A stretch of DNA of 64,000 bases from positions 15,934,001-15,998,000 of the forward strand of contig NC_086097.1 of the NCBI RefSeq assembly GCF_963921235.1, in the 5' to 3' direction. Made by a program: the position numbers and the translations under genes. The first letter of the stretch is position 1, and the number at the start of each line of letters is the position of its first letter. Below are positions 53,325-64,000 of this stretch, one piece after another. The notes beneath the pieces were generated by a model. It had not been told where the DNA came from and made no database searches. It saw nothing but the letters and a program-made list of their open reading frames with translations. Source of the DNA: Mobula hypostoma (lineage: Eukaryota).

Positions 53325-54435
53325 GCCATAAGATATAGGAGCAGAATTAAGCCATTTGGCCCATCAAGTCTGCTCCAACATGGCTGATCCATTCTTCCTC
53401 TCAGCCCCATTCTCCTGCCTTGTCCCTGTATCCCTTCATGCCATGACCAATCAAGAATCTATCCACCTCTGCATTAAATAAAGACTTAGCCTCCACACCT
53501 ACTGTGGCAACAAATTCCACAGATTCACCTCTCTCTGGTTAAAGACATTCCTCCTAATCTCCGTTCTAAAACAATACCCCTCTATTCTGAAGCTGTGTCC
53601 TCTGGCACTAGATTCTCCCACCACAGGAAACATCCTCTCCACATTCACTCTATCAAGGCCTTTCAACATTTGATAGGTTTCGATTGTGTCCACCCTCATT
53701 CTTCTGAAATCTAGTGAATACAGGCCCAGAGCCATCAAACGCTCTTCATAAGACAAGCCATTCAATCCTGGAATCATTTTCATGAATCTCCTTTGAACCC
53801 TCTCCAGTGTCAGCACATCCTTTCTAAGATAAGGGGCCCAAAACTGCTTACAATACTTCAAGTGAAGCCTCATCAATGCTTTCTAAAGTCTCAACATTAC
53901 ATTCTTACTTTCATATTCTAGTCCTCACAAAAGGAATGCATTTGCCTTCCTTACAACAGTCTCAACCTGCAAATTAACCTTTTGGGAATCATGCACAAAG
54001 TCTCCCAAGTCCCTTTGCACCTCAGGTTTTTGAATTTTCTCTCTATTTATAAAGTAATCTACCCTTTTATTTCTTCTACCAAAGTGCATGTCCATACACT
54101 TCCCAACATTGTATTCCATCTGCCACTTCTTTGCCCATTCTCCTAATCTGTCTAAGTCCTTCTGTAGCCACTCTACTTCCTCAAAACTACCTGCCCCTCT
54201 ACCTATCTTTGTGCCGCCTGCAAACTTCGCAACGAAGCCATCAACTCCATCATCCAAATCATCAACATATAATGTAAAAAGAATCCTAACACAGACCCCT
54301 GTGGAACACCATTAGCCACCAGCCACCAACCAGAAAAGGTTCCTTTTATTTCCACTCTGCCTCCTGCCGTCAGCACAGCTTTATCCATGCTAGAATCTTT
54401 CCCATAGTACCATGGGCTCTTAACTTGTTAAGCAA
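53325..54435 (-). mobile_element. CR1 RT/3' fragment
   Basis: GVPQGSVLG, KWQMEYNVGKC and NLWNLLPQ motifs. Confidence 0.9.
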
Positions 54436-54627
54436 AGGTTCGAAGTTCATTTATTATCAAAGCATATATCTATATACAACTCTGAAATTTGTCTTCTCCA
54501 GATAGCCATGATACAAAGAAGGCATATGGTATGTTGGCATTCATCAACCATTCGACTGAGTTCAAGAGCCATGAGGTAATGTTATAGCTATATAAGACCT
54601 TGGTCAGACCCCACTTGGAGTACTCTC

Positions 54628-55420
54628 TCTGGCGGAGAGAGTGTAGGTGTTCAGCAAAACGATCTCCCAGTATGCATCGGGTCTCGCCAATATATAGAAG
54701 GCCACATCGGGAGCAACAGACGCAGTATATCACCCCAGCCGACTCACAGGTGAAGTGTCGCCTCACCTGGAAGGACTGTCACCTGTCTGCCAGAGAAAGC
54801 AGGATCTCCCAGTGGCCACACATTTTAATTCCACATCCCATTCCCATTCTGATATGTCTATCCACGGCCTCCTCTACTGTAAAGATGAAGCCACACTCAG
54901 GTTGGAGGAACAACACCTTATATTCCGTCTGGGTAGCCTCCAACCTGATGGCATGAACATTGACTTCTCTAACTTCCGCTAATGCCCCACCTCCCCCTCG
55001 TACCCCATCCATTATTTATTTATATACACACATTCTTTCTCTTTCTCTCCTTTTTTTCCCTCTGTCCCTCTGACTATACACCTTGCCTATCCTCTGGATT
55101 TTTCCCCCCTCTCCCTTTTCCTTCTCCCTGGGTTTCCTGTCCCATGATCTTCTCATATCCCTTTTGCCAATCACCTGTCCAGCTCTTGGCTACATCTCTC
55201 CCCCTCCTGTCTTCTCCTATCATTTTGGATCTCCCCCTCCCCCTCCCACTTTCAAATCTCTTACTAGCTCTTCTTTCAGTTAGTCCTGATGAAGGGTCAC
55301 GGCCCGAAACGTCGACTGTACCTCTTCCTAGAGATGCTGCCTGGCCTGCTGCGTTCACTAGCAACTTTGATGTGTGTTGCTTGAATTTCCAGCATCTGCA
55401 GAATTCCTCGTGTTTACAGG
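54628..55420 (+). mobile_element. Penelope-like element 3' end with inverted 5' segment (54628-54780)
   Basis: GIY-YIG VIYCVCCSRCGLLYIGET...RFAEH on minus; its continuation PVATHFNS...LEEQHLIFRLGSLQPDGMN on plus; pLTR follows. Confidence 0.9.
55282..55317 (+). ncRNA. Minimal type I hammerhead ribozyme motif in PLE pLTR, core intact
   Basis: AGUC-CUGAUGA-A-GGGU(CACG)GCCC-GAAAC-GUC-GACU; predicted cleavage after C55313. Confidence 0.78.
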
Positions 55421-55682
55421 ATTTGGGATGTTATGTTGAAGTTGGAGAGACAAAACTTGAAATATTGTGTGTAGTTCTGGTCACCTACCTACAGGAAGGA
55501 TGTTAGTAATATTGAAAGAGTACAGAGAAAATTTACAAGTATGCTGCTGGGACTTGAGAACCTGAGTTACAGGAAAAGGTTGAATTGGTTAGGAATTTAT
55601 TCCCTGGACCATATGAGAATGAGGGAGATTTGAAAGAGATGTAGAAAAATTATGCGGGGTATAGATAGTGTTAATGCAAGCA

Positions 55683-55997
55683 CATGTATTGGCGTCGTGG
55701 CCAAGGGGTTAAGGTGTCGGTCCGGTGATCTGAAGGTCGCTAGTTCGAGCCTCAGCTGAGGCAGCGTGTTGTGTCCTTGAGCAAGGCACTTAACCACACA
55801 TTGCTCTGCAACGACACCGGTGCCAAGCTGTATCGGCCCTAGTGCCCTTCCCTTGGACAACATCGGTGGTGTGGAGAGGAGAGACTTGCAGCATGGGCAA
55901 CTGCTGGTCTTCCATACAACCTTGCCCAGGCCTGCACCCTGGAAACCTTCCAAGCCGCAAATCCATGGTCTCATGAGACTAACGGATGCCTAAAAAA
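55683..55997 (+). mobile_element. Full-length tRNA-derived CORE-SINE with A tail and 10-bp TSD
   Basis: A box TGGCCAAGGGG, B box GTTCGAGCC, CORE-like TGTGTCCTTGAGCAAGGCACTTAACC; TSD AATGCAAGCA at 55673-55682 and 55998-56007. Confidence 0.88.
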
Positions 55998-56204
55998 AAT
56001 GCAAGCAGACATTTTGCACTGAAGCTGGGTGAAACTGGAACTAGAAGTCATAGGTTAAGGGTGAAAAGTGAAATATTTAAGGGGAACCTGAGGGGGAACT
56101 GCTTCACTCAGAGGGTGGTGCGAGTGTGGAACGAGCTGCCAGAGTAAGTGGTGAATATGAGTTCAATTTCAACATTTTAGCAGTCTGGATAAGTACATGG
56201 TTGG

Positions 56205-57245
56205 GATGATTGCTTATCAGATTGGAGGCCTGTGACTAGTGGTGTGCCTCAAGGATCTGTGCTGGGACCATTGTTGTTGTTGGCTATTATCAATGATCTA
56301 GATAATAATGTGGTAAATTGGATCAGCAAGTTTGCTGATGACACTAAGATTGGAGGCGCTGTGGACAGCAAGAAAGGCTTTCAAAGCTTGCAGAGGGATC
56401 TGGACCAACTGGGAAAATGGGTCAGAAAATGGCAGATGGAATTTAATGCAGACAAGTGTGAGGTGTTGCATTTTGGAAGGACAAATCAAGGTAGGACATA
56501 CATAGTAAATGGTAGGGCACTGAGGAGTGCGGAGGAACAAAGAGATCTGGGAGTTCAGATACATAATTCCCTGAAAGTGGCATCACAGGTAGACAGGCTT
56601 TTAAAGAAGGCTTTTGGCATCCTGGCATTCATAAATCAAAGTATTGAGTATAGGAGTTGGGATGTTTTGGGGAGGTTGGATAAGACATTGGTGAGGCCAA
56701 ATTTGGAGTATTGTGTACAGTTCTGGTCACCTAACTATAGGAAGGATATCAGTAAGATTGAAAAAATGCAGAGAAGATTTACTAGGATGTTGCCAGGTCT
56801 TCAGCAGTTGAGTCACAGGGAAAGATTGAACAGGTTAGGACTTTATTCCATGGAGCATAGAAGAATGAGGGGAGATTTGATAGAGGTTTACAAAATTATG
56901 AGGGGTATAGATGGAGTAAATGTGAATAGGCTCTTTCCACTTAGATTAGGAGAGATAAATACGAGAGAACATGGCTTTAGAGTGAAAGGGGAAAGGTTTT
57001 GGGGGAACATTAGGGGGAACTTCACTCAGAGAGTGGTAGGAGTGTGGAACGAGCTGCCATCTGACGTGGTAAATGCAGGCTCACTCTTAAGTTTTAAGAA
57101 TAAATTGGATAGGTATATGGATGGGAGAGGACTGGAGGGTTATGGACTGGATGCAGGTCAATGGGACTAGCAGAATAATGTTTCGGCACAGACTAGAAGG
57201 GCCGAATGGCCTGTTTTCTGTGCTGTAGTGTTCTATGGTTCTATG
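56205..57245 (+). mobile_element. CR1 RT/3' fragment, 312-aa open frame
   Basis: SGVPQGSVLGP, KFADDTK and WNELP motifs; ttctatgg tail. Confidence 0.93.
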
Positions 57246-57942
57246 GGAGGAGCTATGGAGGACTGTGGGTCAATGGGACAATTTGGCATGGACTAGATGG
57301 GCTGAAGGGTCTGTTTCTGTGCTGTAATACTCTAAATTAAAATGAATAATAGTTTTTAAAAGATAATTAATTAAAACAAAAACAATCATAAACTGGAAAA
57401 CACATGAAACAATACACTTAATTAATCATTAAATTATTTCAAAGATGTAAAGTACCTAAAATTTACCTATCTTTGGATCTATTCTAGCCCTTTGAAATGA
57501 ATAGAGCCATTTAACCTGCATCTGGCATAGTTTTAGTACCGAGGTTTCTCAGTAAAACTTCTGTGAAACTACATGAGGAAAGCAACATAGAAGCATATCA
57601 AATAACAATGCTTAAAGAGGTCAACATTTTTGAATTTGCAAAATTGGTTCTCAATTCTGTTTCCGATTGCCAATCTAATTGCCATGCCCCATAAAAAATG
57701 CTGTACACTACTCAGTTACAGACTCATAACTAGAGGAAAAATAAATTTGTTGTTATATTTCAAGCATTTTCTCAATCATCGTATGCAGATTTGAAATGGT
57801 AATCAAGATAATGTTATTCCTGCCTGACCTGCAAATTGAAGAATGACCCAAAGCGCAACAAAATCATAGAAAGATATATTGTAAAGGAAATGGAATTCAA
57901 GGCAAAAGTCAATTACATAGTATTAGTGCAACAGTTCCTCAC

Positions 57943-58127
57943 CAGCATCCAATAATTCCAGATGGTATATATCCCCTCTTTTAACAATAAGCAGCTTGTT
58001 CATCAAAATCCTTCTGTAAAAAGGTTCTGCATGATATGGAACAACAATCCTTGCAATGGCAACAGCCAAGAAATGCTGAGATCCTCGATATTTGTGAACT
58101 TCTACTATTTCAGCACTGCCCCCTGTA
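57943..58127 (-). CDS. CATSPERB: CATSPERB exon (TGGSAEIVEVHKY...KRGDIYHLELLDA)
   Basis: Acceptor tgattttag (an alternative cag lies 5 nt inside), donor G|gtgagg; 185 nt; ends in phase 1, matching the next exon. Confidence 0.82.
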
Positions 58128-58351
58128 CTAAAATCACAAAGAAGATAAACATTAATGAACAAAAGAAAACATTTTCTTCGAAATAAAGGTTGCAGTTTGT
58201 TAACCCTAAATTTGAAAATCACCAAAGAAGTCCACTACGCTACATCATGATAATGATTAGCAAAGCAACACATTAATTTGAGAAAATATTTCTGCATCTT
58301 GGGAAGATAAAATTGGTCTAAAAGCTGTATAGTGCAAAGACATGAAATTAT

Positions 58352-59188
58352 AAGTACCCCTTGTCCAAAATGCTTGGGGCGAGAAGTATTCAGGAGTTTG
58401 GATATTTTCAGATTTTGATATAATGAAGTAGCTTGGGATCACCATCATTTCAGACTCCGAATTTATGTGCTACTGGTAAACAGCCTTTGTTTTACACTTG
58501 TTCATCACCCATACATACTAAACAGTCCATTAATATAATGAAAATGTAATATGTTCAGGGAAATAAATGCAGCAAGGCAGTATCAGGAGAATACTGTACC
58601 TGAATCAGCTGTTGAGAACAACAAACAACAGCAGGCTTTCAGTCTCCAGCTACGACGCCCTGTTTTGATTCAAAAGTTACAGTATGCTGTACTTGTACTT
58701 TGTTTTTATAGCTAATATAAAACTTATAAAAAATTAATCAGCATCGTAGACATTCTGGTGCTAGATTTTGGTGATGAGCAGGCACTTTAAAATTTAATAA
58801 CCTGTCTTTTCTTAAATTTCTGCAACCAATCTGCTGAATATTCAAGATTACTTTCAATTTTCAGTTTGTCGTGATAGATCTTTATTTGTTTCATGATCAG
58901 TATACTATTAACTGGCATAAGTTCACTCTGATGCTGATGATACATGCTCAAGATCTTCATTTTTTGCTTTATGCAGTGTTTTTCTATTTTTCACTGACTT
59001 CTGTTCATTACATATGTAAGGTCACTTCTCAGAACTGCCTGTGGTATGCAGAGACCTGCACATTGTCTGAGAACCTTCCCAGCATCTTGTGTGGAATTTT
59101 TCATTTGTGACATCATGTTAGTGCTCAAAAAAATTGGATTTTGGAGATTTTTGGATTTTGGAATTTCGGATAAGGGGTACTCAACCTG
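58352..59188. mobile_element. Tigger4/Zombi-like non-autonomous DNA transposon
   Basis: Right TIR reads CAGGTTGAGTACCCCTTATCCGAAA on minus; left remnant AGTACCCCTTGTCCAAAATGCTTGGGG. Confidence 0.7.
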
Positions 59189-59304
59189 CACTAGAAATTA
59201 CAAAAAAGTAAACAGTGCAAAAACAAAAGAATAGTGAAGTGATGCTCATGGATTCATGGACCATTTAGAAATCTGGTGGTGCAGGTTAGACCACATCTGA
59301 TTCG

Positions 59305-62300
59305 ACCATAAGATCATATAAGATATGAAAGTATAAATAGGCCATTTGGCCCCTTGAGTTTGCTTCACCATTTCATCATGGCTGATCCATTTTCTTTCTC
59401 AGCCCCAATCTCCTGCCTTCTCCCCATAAACTCACTTCATTTGACAAGCCTTCCAATCCCAAAATCATTTTCGTGAACCTCCTTTGAACTCCCTCCAATT
59501 TCAGCATACCTTTTATTAGATAAGGGGCCCAAAACTGCTCACAGTACTCCAAGTGAAGCCTCACCAGTGCTTTACAAAGCCTCAACATTACATTCTTGCT
59601 TCTATATTCTAGTCCACTTAAAATGAAAGCTAACATTGCATTTGCCTTTCTCACCACACACTCAACCGACAAATTAACCTTTAGGGAATCCTGCGCAAGG
59701 ACTCCAACGTCCCTTTGCACCTCAGATTTCTGAATCTTCTCTCCATTTAGAAAATAGTCTACCCTTTTATTTCTTCTACCAAAGTGTATGACCATACATT
59801 TTCTGACACTGTATTCCATCTGCCACTTCTTTTCCCACCTGTACCCTCTCTACTTTCTCAAAAGCTAGGGCTTTACTCTTTGGAGAGAAGGAGGATGAGA
59901 GGGGACATGATAGAGGTGTACAAGATAATAAGAGGAATAGATAGAGTGGACAGCCAGCGCCTCTTCCCCAGGGCACCACTGCTCAATACAAGAGGACATG
60001 GCTTTAAGGTAAGGGGTGGGAAGATCAAGGGGGATATTAGAGGAAGGTTTTTTACTCAGAGAGTGGTTGGTGCGTGGAATGCACTGCGTGAGTCAGTGGT
60101 GGAGGCAGATACACTAGTGAAATTTAAGAGACTACTAGACAGGTATATGGAGGAATTTAAGGTGGGGGGTTATATGGGAGGCAGGGTTTGAGGGTCGGCA
60201 CAACATTGTGGGCCAAAGGACCTGTATTGTGCTGTACTATTCTATGTTCTATGTTCTAAAACTATCTGCCCCTCCACCTATCTTCGTATCATCTGTAAAT
60301 TTTGCCACAAAGCTATCAATTCCGTCATCCCAAATCATTGACATATATTCAGAATCAGAATCAGGTTTATTTCACCGGCACGTGACGTGAAATTTGTTAA
60401 CTTAGTAGCAGCAGTTCAATGCAATACATAATATAGCAGAGAGAAAAAATAAATAAATAAATGAATAAATCAATTATGTATATTGAATAGATTAAAAACG
60501 TGTAAAATTAGAAATACCGTATATTAAAAAAAGTGAGGTGGAGTCCAAAGATTCAATGTCCATTTAGGAATCGGATGGCAGAGGGGAAGAAGCTGTTCCT
60601 GAATCGCTGAGTGTGTGCCTTCTGCAGCTTCTTTCAATCCTGTGCAGTAGCCTCTCCATACCAGACAGTGATGCAGCCTGTCAGAATGCTCTCCACAGTA
60701 CAACTATAGAAGTTTTTAAGTGCATTTCTTGACATGCCAAATCTCTTCAAACTCCTAATGAAGTATAGCTGCTGTCTTGCCTTCTTTATAACTACATCGG
60801 TATGTTGGGACCAGGTTAGATCCTCAGAGATCTTGACTCCCAGGAACTTGAAGCTGCTCACTCTCTCCACTTCTGATCCTGCTATGAGGATTGGTATGTT
60901 ATCCTTCGTCTTACCCTTCCTGAAGTCCACAAGCAGCTCTTTTGTCTTACTGACATTGAGTGCCAGGTTGTTGCTGCGGCACCACTCCACTAGTTGGGAT
61001 ATTTCACCCCTGTACGCCCTCTCGTCACCACCTGAGATTCTACCAACAATGGTTGTATCGTCAGCAAATTTTTAGATGGTATTTGAACTTATGCCTAGCC
61101 ACACAATCATGTGTATATAGAGAGTAGAGCAGTGGGATAAGCACACACCCGAGGTGCGCCAGCGTTGATTGTCAGAGAGGAGGAGATATTATCACCAATC
61201 CACACAGATTGTGGTCTTCCAGTGAGTAAGTAGAGGATCCAATTGCAGAGGGAGGTACAGAGGCCCAGGTTCTGCAACTTTTCAATCAGGATTGTGGGAA
61301 TGATGGTATTAAATGCTGAGCTATAGTAGATGAACAGCATCCTGACATAGTTGTTTGTGTTGTCCAGGTGGTCTAAAGCCATGTGGAGAGCCATTGAGAT
61401 TGCGTCCGCCATTGACCTATTGTGGCAATAGGCAAATTGCAATGGGTCCAGGTCCTTGCTGAGGCAGGAATTCATTCTAGTCATGACCTCCCAAAGCATT
61501 TCATCACTGTAGATGTGAGTGCTACTGGGTGATAGTCATTAAGGCCGCTCACGTTATTCTTCTTAGGCACTGGTATAATTATTGCCTTTTTGAAGCAAGT
61601 AGGAAGTTCCGCCCATACCAGTGAGAGGTTGAAAATGTCTTTTGAGTACTCCCGCTAGTTGGTTGGCACAGGTTTTCATAGCCTTACCAGGTACTCCATC
61701 AGGACCTTCCACCTTGTAAGGGTTCACTCTCTTTAAAGACAGCTTAACATCAGCCTCTGAGACTGAGATCACAGGGTCATCAGGTGCAGCAGAGATCTTC
61801 ACAGCTGTAGTTGCATTCTCCCTTTCAAAGCGGGCATAGAAGGTGGTGAGTTCATCTGGTAGTGAAGCATCGCTGCCATTCATGCTATTGGGTTTCGCTT
61901 TGTAGGAAGTAATATCTTGCAGACCCTGCCAGAGTTGTCGTCCATCCGATGTCGCCTCCAACCTCATTCAAAATTGTCTCTTCGCCTTGAAATAGCCCTC
62001 CGCAAATTTGCTGGTACAAGCCTGGGTCGCCAGACTTGAATGCCACAGATCTAGCCTTCAGCAGACGATGTACTTCCCCGCTCATCCACAGCTTTTGGTT
62101 GGAGAATGTACAGTAAGTCTTTGTAGGCACACACTCGTCCACACAGGTTTTCATGAAGTTGGTAACAACTGCGGCATTCTCATCCAGGTTCAAAGATGAA
62201 TCCCTGAATGCAGTCCAGGCCACCGATTCAGAACAGTCCAGTAGGCGCTCCTGTGCTTCACCTGTCCATACCTTCTTGGTCCTCACTACTGGTGCTGCAG

Positions 62301-62992
62301 TCTTCAGTCTCTGCCTATATTCAGTGAGTAGAAATATAGTCAGGTGATCGGACTTCCCGAAGTGAGAGCGTGGAATAGCATGGCAGGCATTCTTGATGGT
62401 GGTGTAGCAATGGTCCAGTGTGTTGTTTCCTCTGGTATTGCAAGTGATCTGTTGATGGTAGTTGCTTAGTGATTTTTTCAGACTGGCCTGGTTAAAATCC
62501 CCCAAAATGATGGTGAAGGCATTAGGGTGCGCTGTTTCATGCACGTTGATCCCATTGCTCAGATCATCTAAAGCCTGCTTGACATTGGCCTGAGGTGGAA
62601 TGTACACTGCTACCAAAATGACCCCAGAGAACTCCCTTGGTAGGTAAAAAGGACGGCACTTTACTGCTAAATATTCCAGGTCTGGTGAGCAAAATTGGGA
62701 TAGGACTGATACATTTGTGCACCAAGAAGAGTTAATCATGAGGCATATTCTTCCACCTCTGCTTTTGAGAGACTCTATAGATCTATCCTGATGGTGTATA
62801 GTAAACCTGTTGATCTGGATCGATGCATCCGGTATGGAAGGGGTTAACCAGGATTCTGTGAAACATAGGACACACACGGTCCTAATGTCCCTCTGATTCA
62901 ACACCCTAGCTCTGAGATTGTAAAAAGCATGTAAAAAGAAGCGGTCCCAAGACAGACCCCTGTGAAACACTACTAGTCACTGGCAGCCAATC
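59305..62992 (-). mobile_element. CR1 fragment split by a plus-strand CR1 (59830-60257) and a Rex1/Babar element
   Basis: Host pieces 59305-59825, 60258-60345 and 62920-62992 are colinear with other CR1 copies. Confidence 0.8.
60347..62918 (-). mobile_element. Rex1/Babar-clade LINE (APE plus RT), 5'-truncated and frameshifted
   Basis: [44 protein letters not shown] and KFADDTT motifs; (GATTCT)n tail. Confidence 0.92.
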
Positions 62993-63101
62993 GGATTACT
63001 TCAGGGATTCTAGCACTTTGAAACAAAATGCTTCAGCTAATAGCTTAGCATTATGCCATACAATAAGCAACCACAAATAAGGTGTTCTAAATGATCATAA
63101 T

Positions 63102-64000
63102 TGTCACGTACCCCGTGACAGGAATAAAGAATCAGCAGAGATGGAAAACACTTTGGAGTCCAGTATTGCTATAAACTAATAATATTTATTAGTAACTACA
63201 CAATACAGTTATATAAATGTAGATAAATCAAACAGGTTAGCAATGATTATATGTATATAAGTGAGTATAACAGTAAGTGTGGAAATATATATGATAAACC
63301 AAGCTTCTTCAAGTCTAGGGGTAAAAAGATACAGTCTTACGATAATGAGTAAAGTTCAGTTCATGGTATTTAGTTGAGTAGTGATGGAGAGAGAGAGAGG
63401 GAGAGATCTGAGTCTTCAGGTGAGCTGACGCCGTTGATCTTCTCGTTGTCCTTCGAAATCCTTTAAAAGTCACCGACTGTGACTTTAACAAAGGGGACTG
63501 GTTTTCTGTGGTGGAGCTATCCCCCAGGTGTGGGTGGACACACGGGCAACTCCCTACCAGTCAACCCCTTTCCTCTTTTCACTGCAAGAGCAATGGATCG
63601 ATCCGCCTGATTGGTCCTCCAAAACCCACTTTTCCTGCGGGCACAACAATGCTCATTCAGTGTCCAAACATGTGTCTGAGGTCTATATCATCTGACCTCC
63701 TATTTTATCTTCCCGTGCTGAGCATCAACTGTCATTCAAATAACTCCTCCTTCCTCTCTCTCTGTAAGAAATGCAAGCAGGCAAAAGTCCTTGAGAAGTA
63801 TCAACAACCTGCTGAAAATCATAACATCAATTGTCCATTAAATAATGCCCTCAGTCACCATAGCAACTTACGAGCTGCTCGGTGCTGTCTCCAACTCAGC
63901 AGAAATCCAAAAGTTAACCAGTTCTTTAAATTGACAGTCCAACAGTTAGTCTTCGTCTCTCTCTCTCTCTTTCAAAACAACATGTTGATGTTAATTAACT
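63102..64000 (-). mobile_element. Probable LTR, cut by the window edge
   Basis: Sharp TGTCAC terminus with minus-strand AATAAA about 85 nt inside; layout resembles the end of the 9915 LTR; other end not visible. Confidence 0.5.

Larger units (their letters stand above)
5391..58127 (-). other. CATSPERB: CATSPERB gene, 3' portion (10 coding exons; 5' end outside window)
   Basis: Ten exons with AG acceptors and GT (one GC) donors join in compatible phases with no stop. The peptide contains KTVVVPGYSSFLI, KTLPVNYRPPSMLGINIPTTDNIYNADPSKP, TGRYKQCAGKRSVEECGC, GSELYHFRVTVIPGVSLCDLFTEFQIYVDD and a C-terminal TM helix, which I recognise as CatSper-beta. Confidence 0.93.

Noticed and set aside
55690..55765. 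tRNA gene
   Set aside because: A/B boxes run straight into a CORE domain, A tail and TSD; this is a SINE head.
57467..57568. Possible exon with AG/GT-like boundaries
   Set aside because: The frames I read contain stops, and the neighbouring exons join without it.
15861..62970. Long ORFs (370, 312, 361 and 218 aa) as host or domesticated genes
   Set aside because: All are parts of LINE ORF2 with adjacent frameshifts, truncations and element tails.
63102..63120. Hairpin TGTCACG-TACCC-CGTGACA as a standalone regulatory site
   Set aside because: Best explained as the terminus of a probable LTR; no independent evidence.

Overview
Eukaryotic, repeat-dense genomic DNA. The TE mix (abundant CR1, Penelope-like, Rex1/Babar, V-SINEs) suggests a cartilaginous fish, probably a ray; this is an inference. 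The only host gene I can support is the 3' part of CATSPERB (sperm Ca2+ channel auxiliary subunit beta) on the minus strand. It has 10 exons between 58127 and 5391 that splice phase-consistently into an open frame of 1522 nt (about 506 aa plus stop), with one GC-AG intron; the 5' exons lie beyond the window. Introns are filled with nested retroelements: CR1, a near full-length RTE, an R4/Rex6-type RLE element, Rex1/Babar, L2, Penelope-like elements, solo LTRs and two SINE superfamilies. There are also Tc1, Tigger and hAT DNA-transposon remnants and TE-derived tandem arrays. Almost all ORFs in the supplied track are TE fragments or antisense shadows. The most interesting non-annotated signal is a set of Penelope-borne minimal hammerhead ribozyme motifs. 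Two core-intact copies lie in the sense orientation of the CATSPERB pre-mRNA on either side of one exon, and another copy is split by a solo LTR. TE boundaries are approximate unless TSDs or termini are given. Family and homology calls come from recalled motifs, not from searches.
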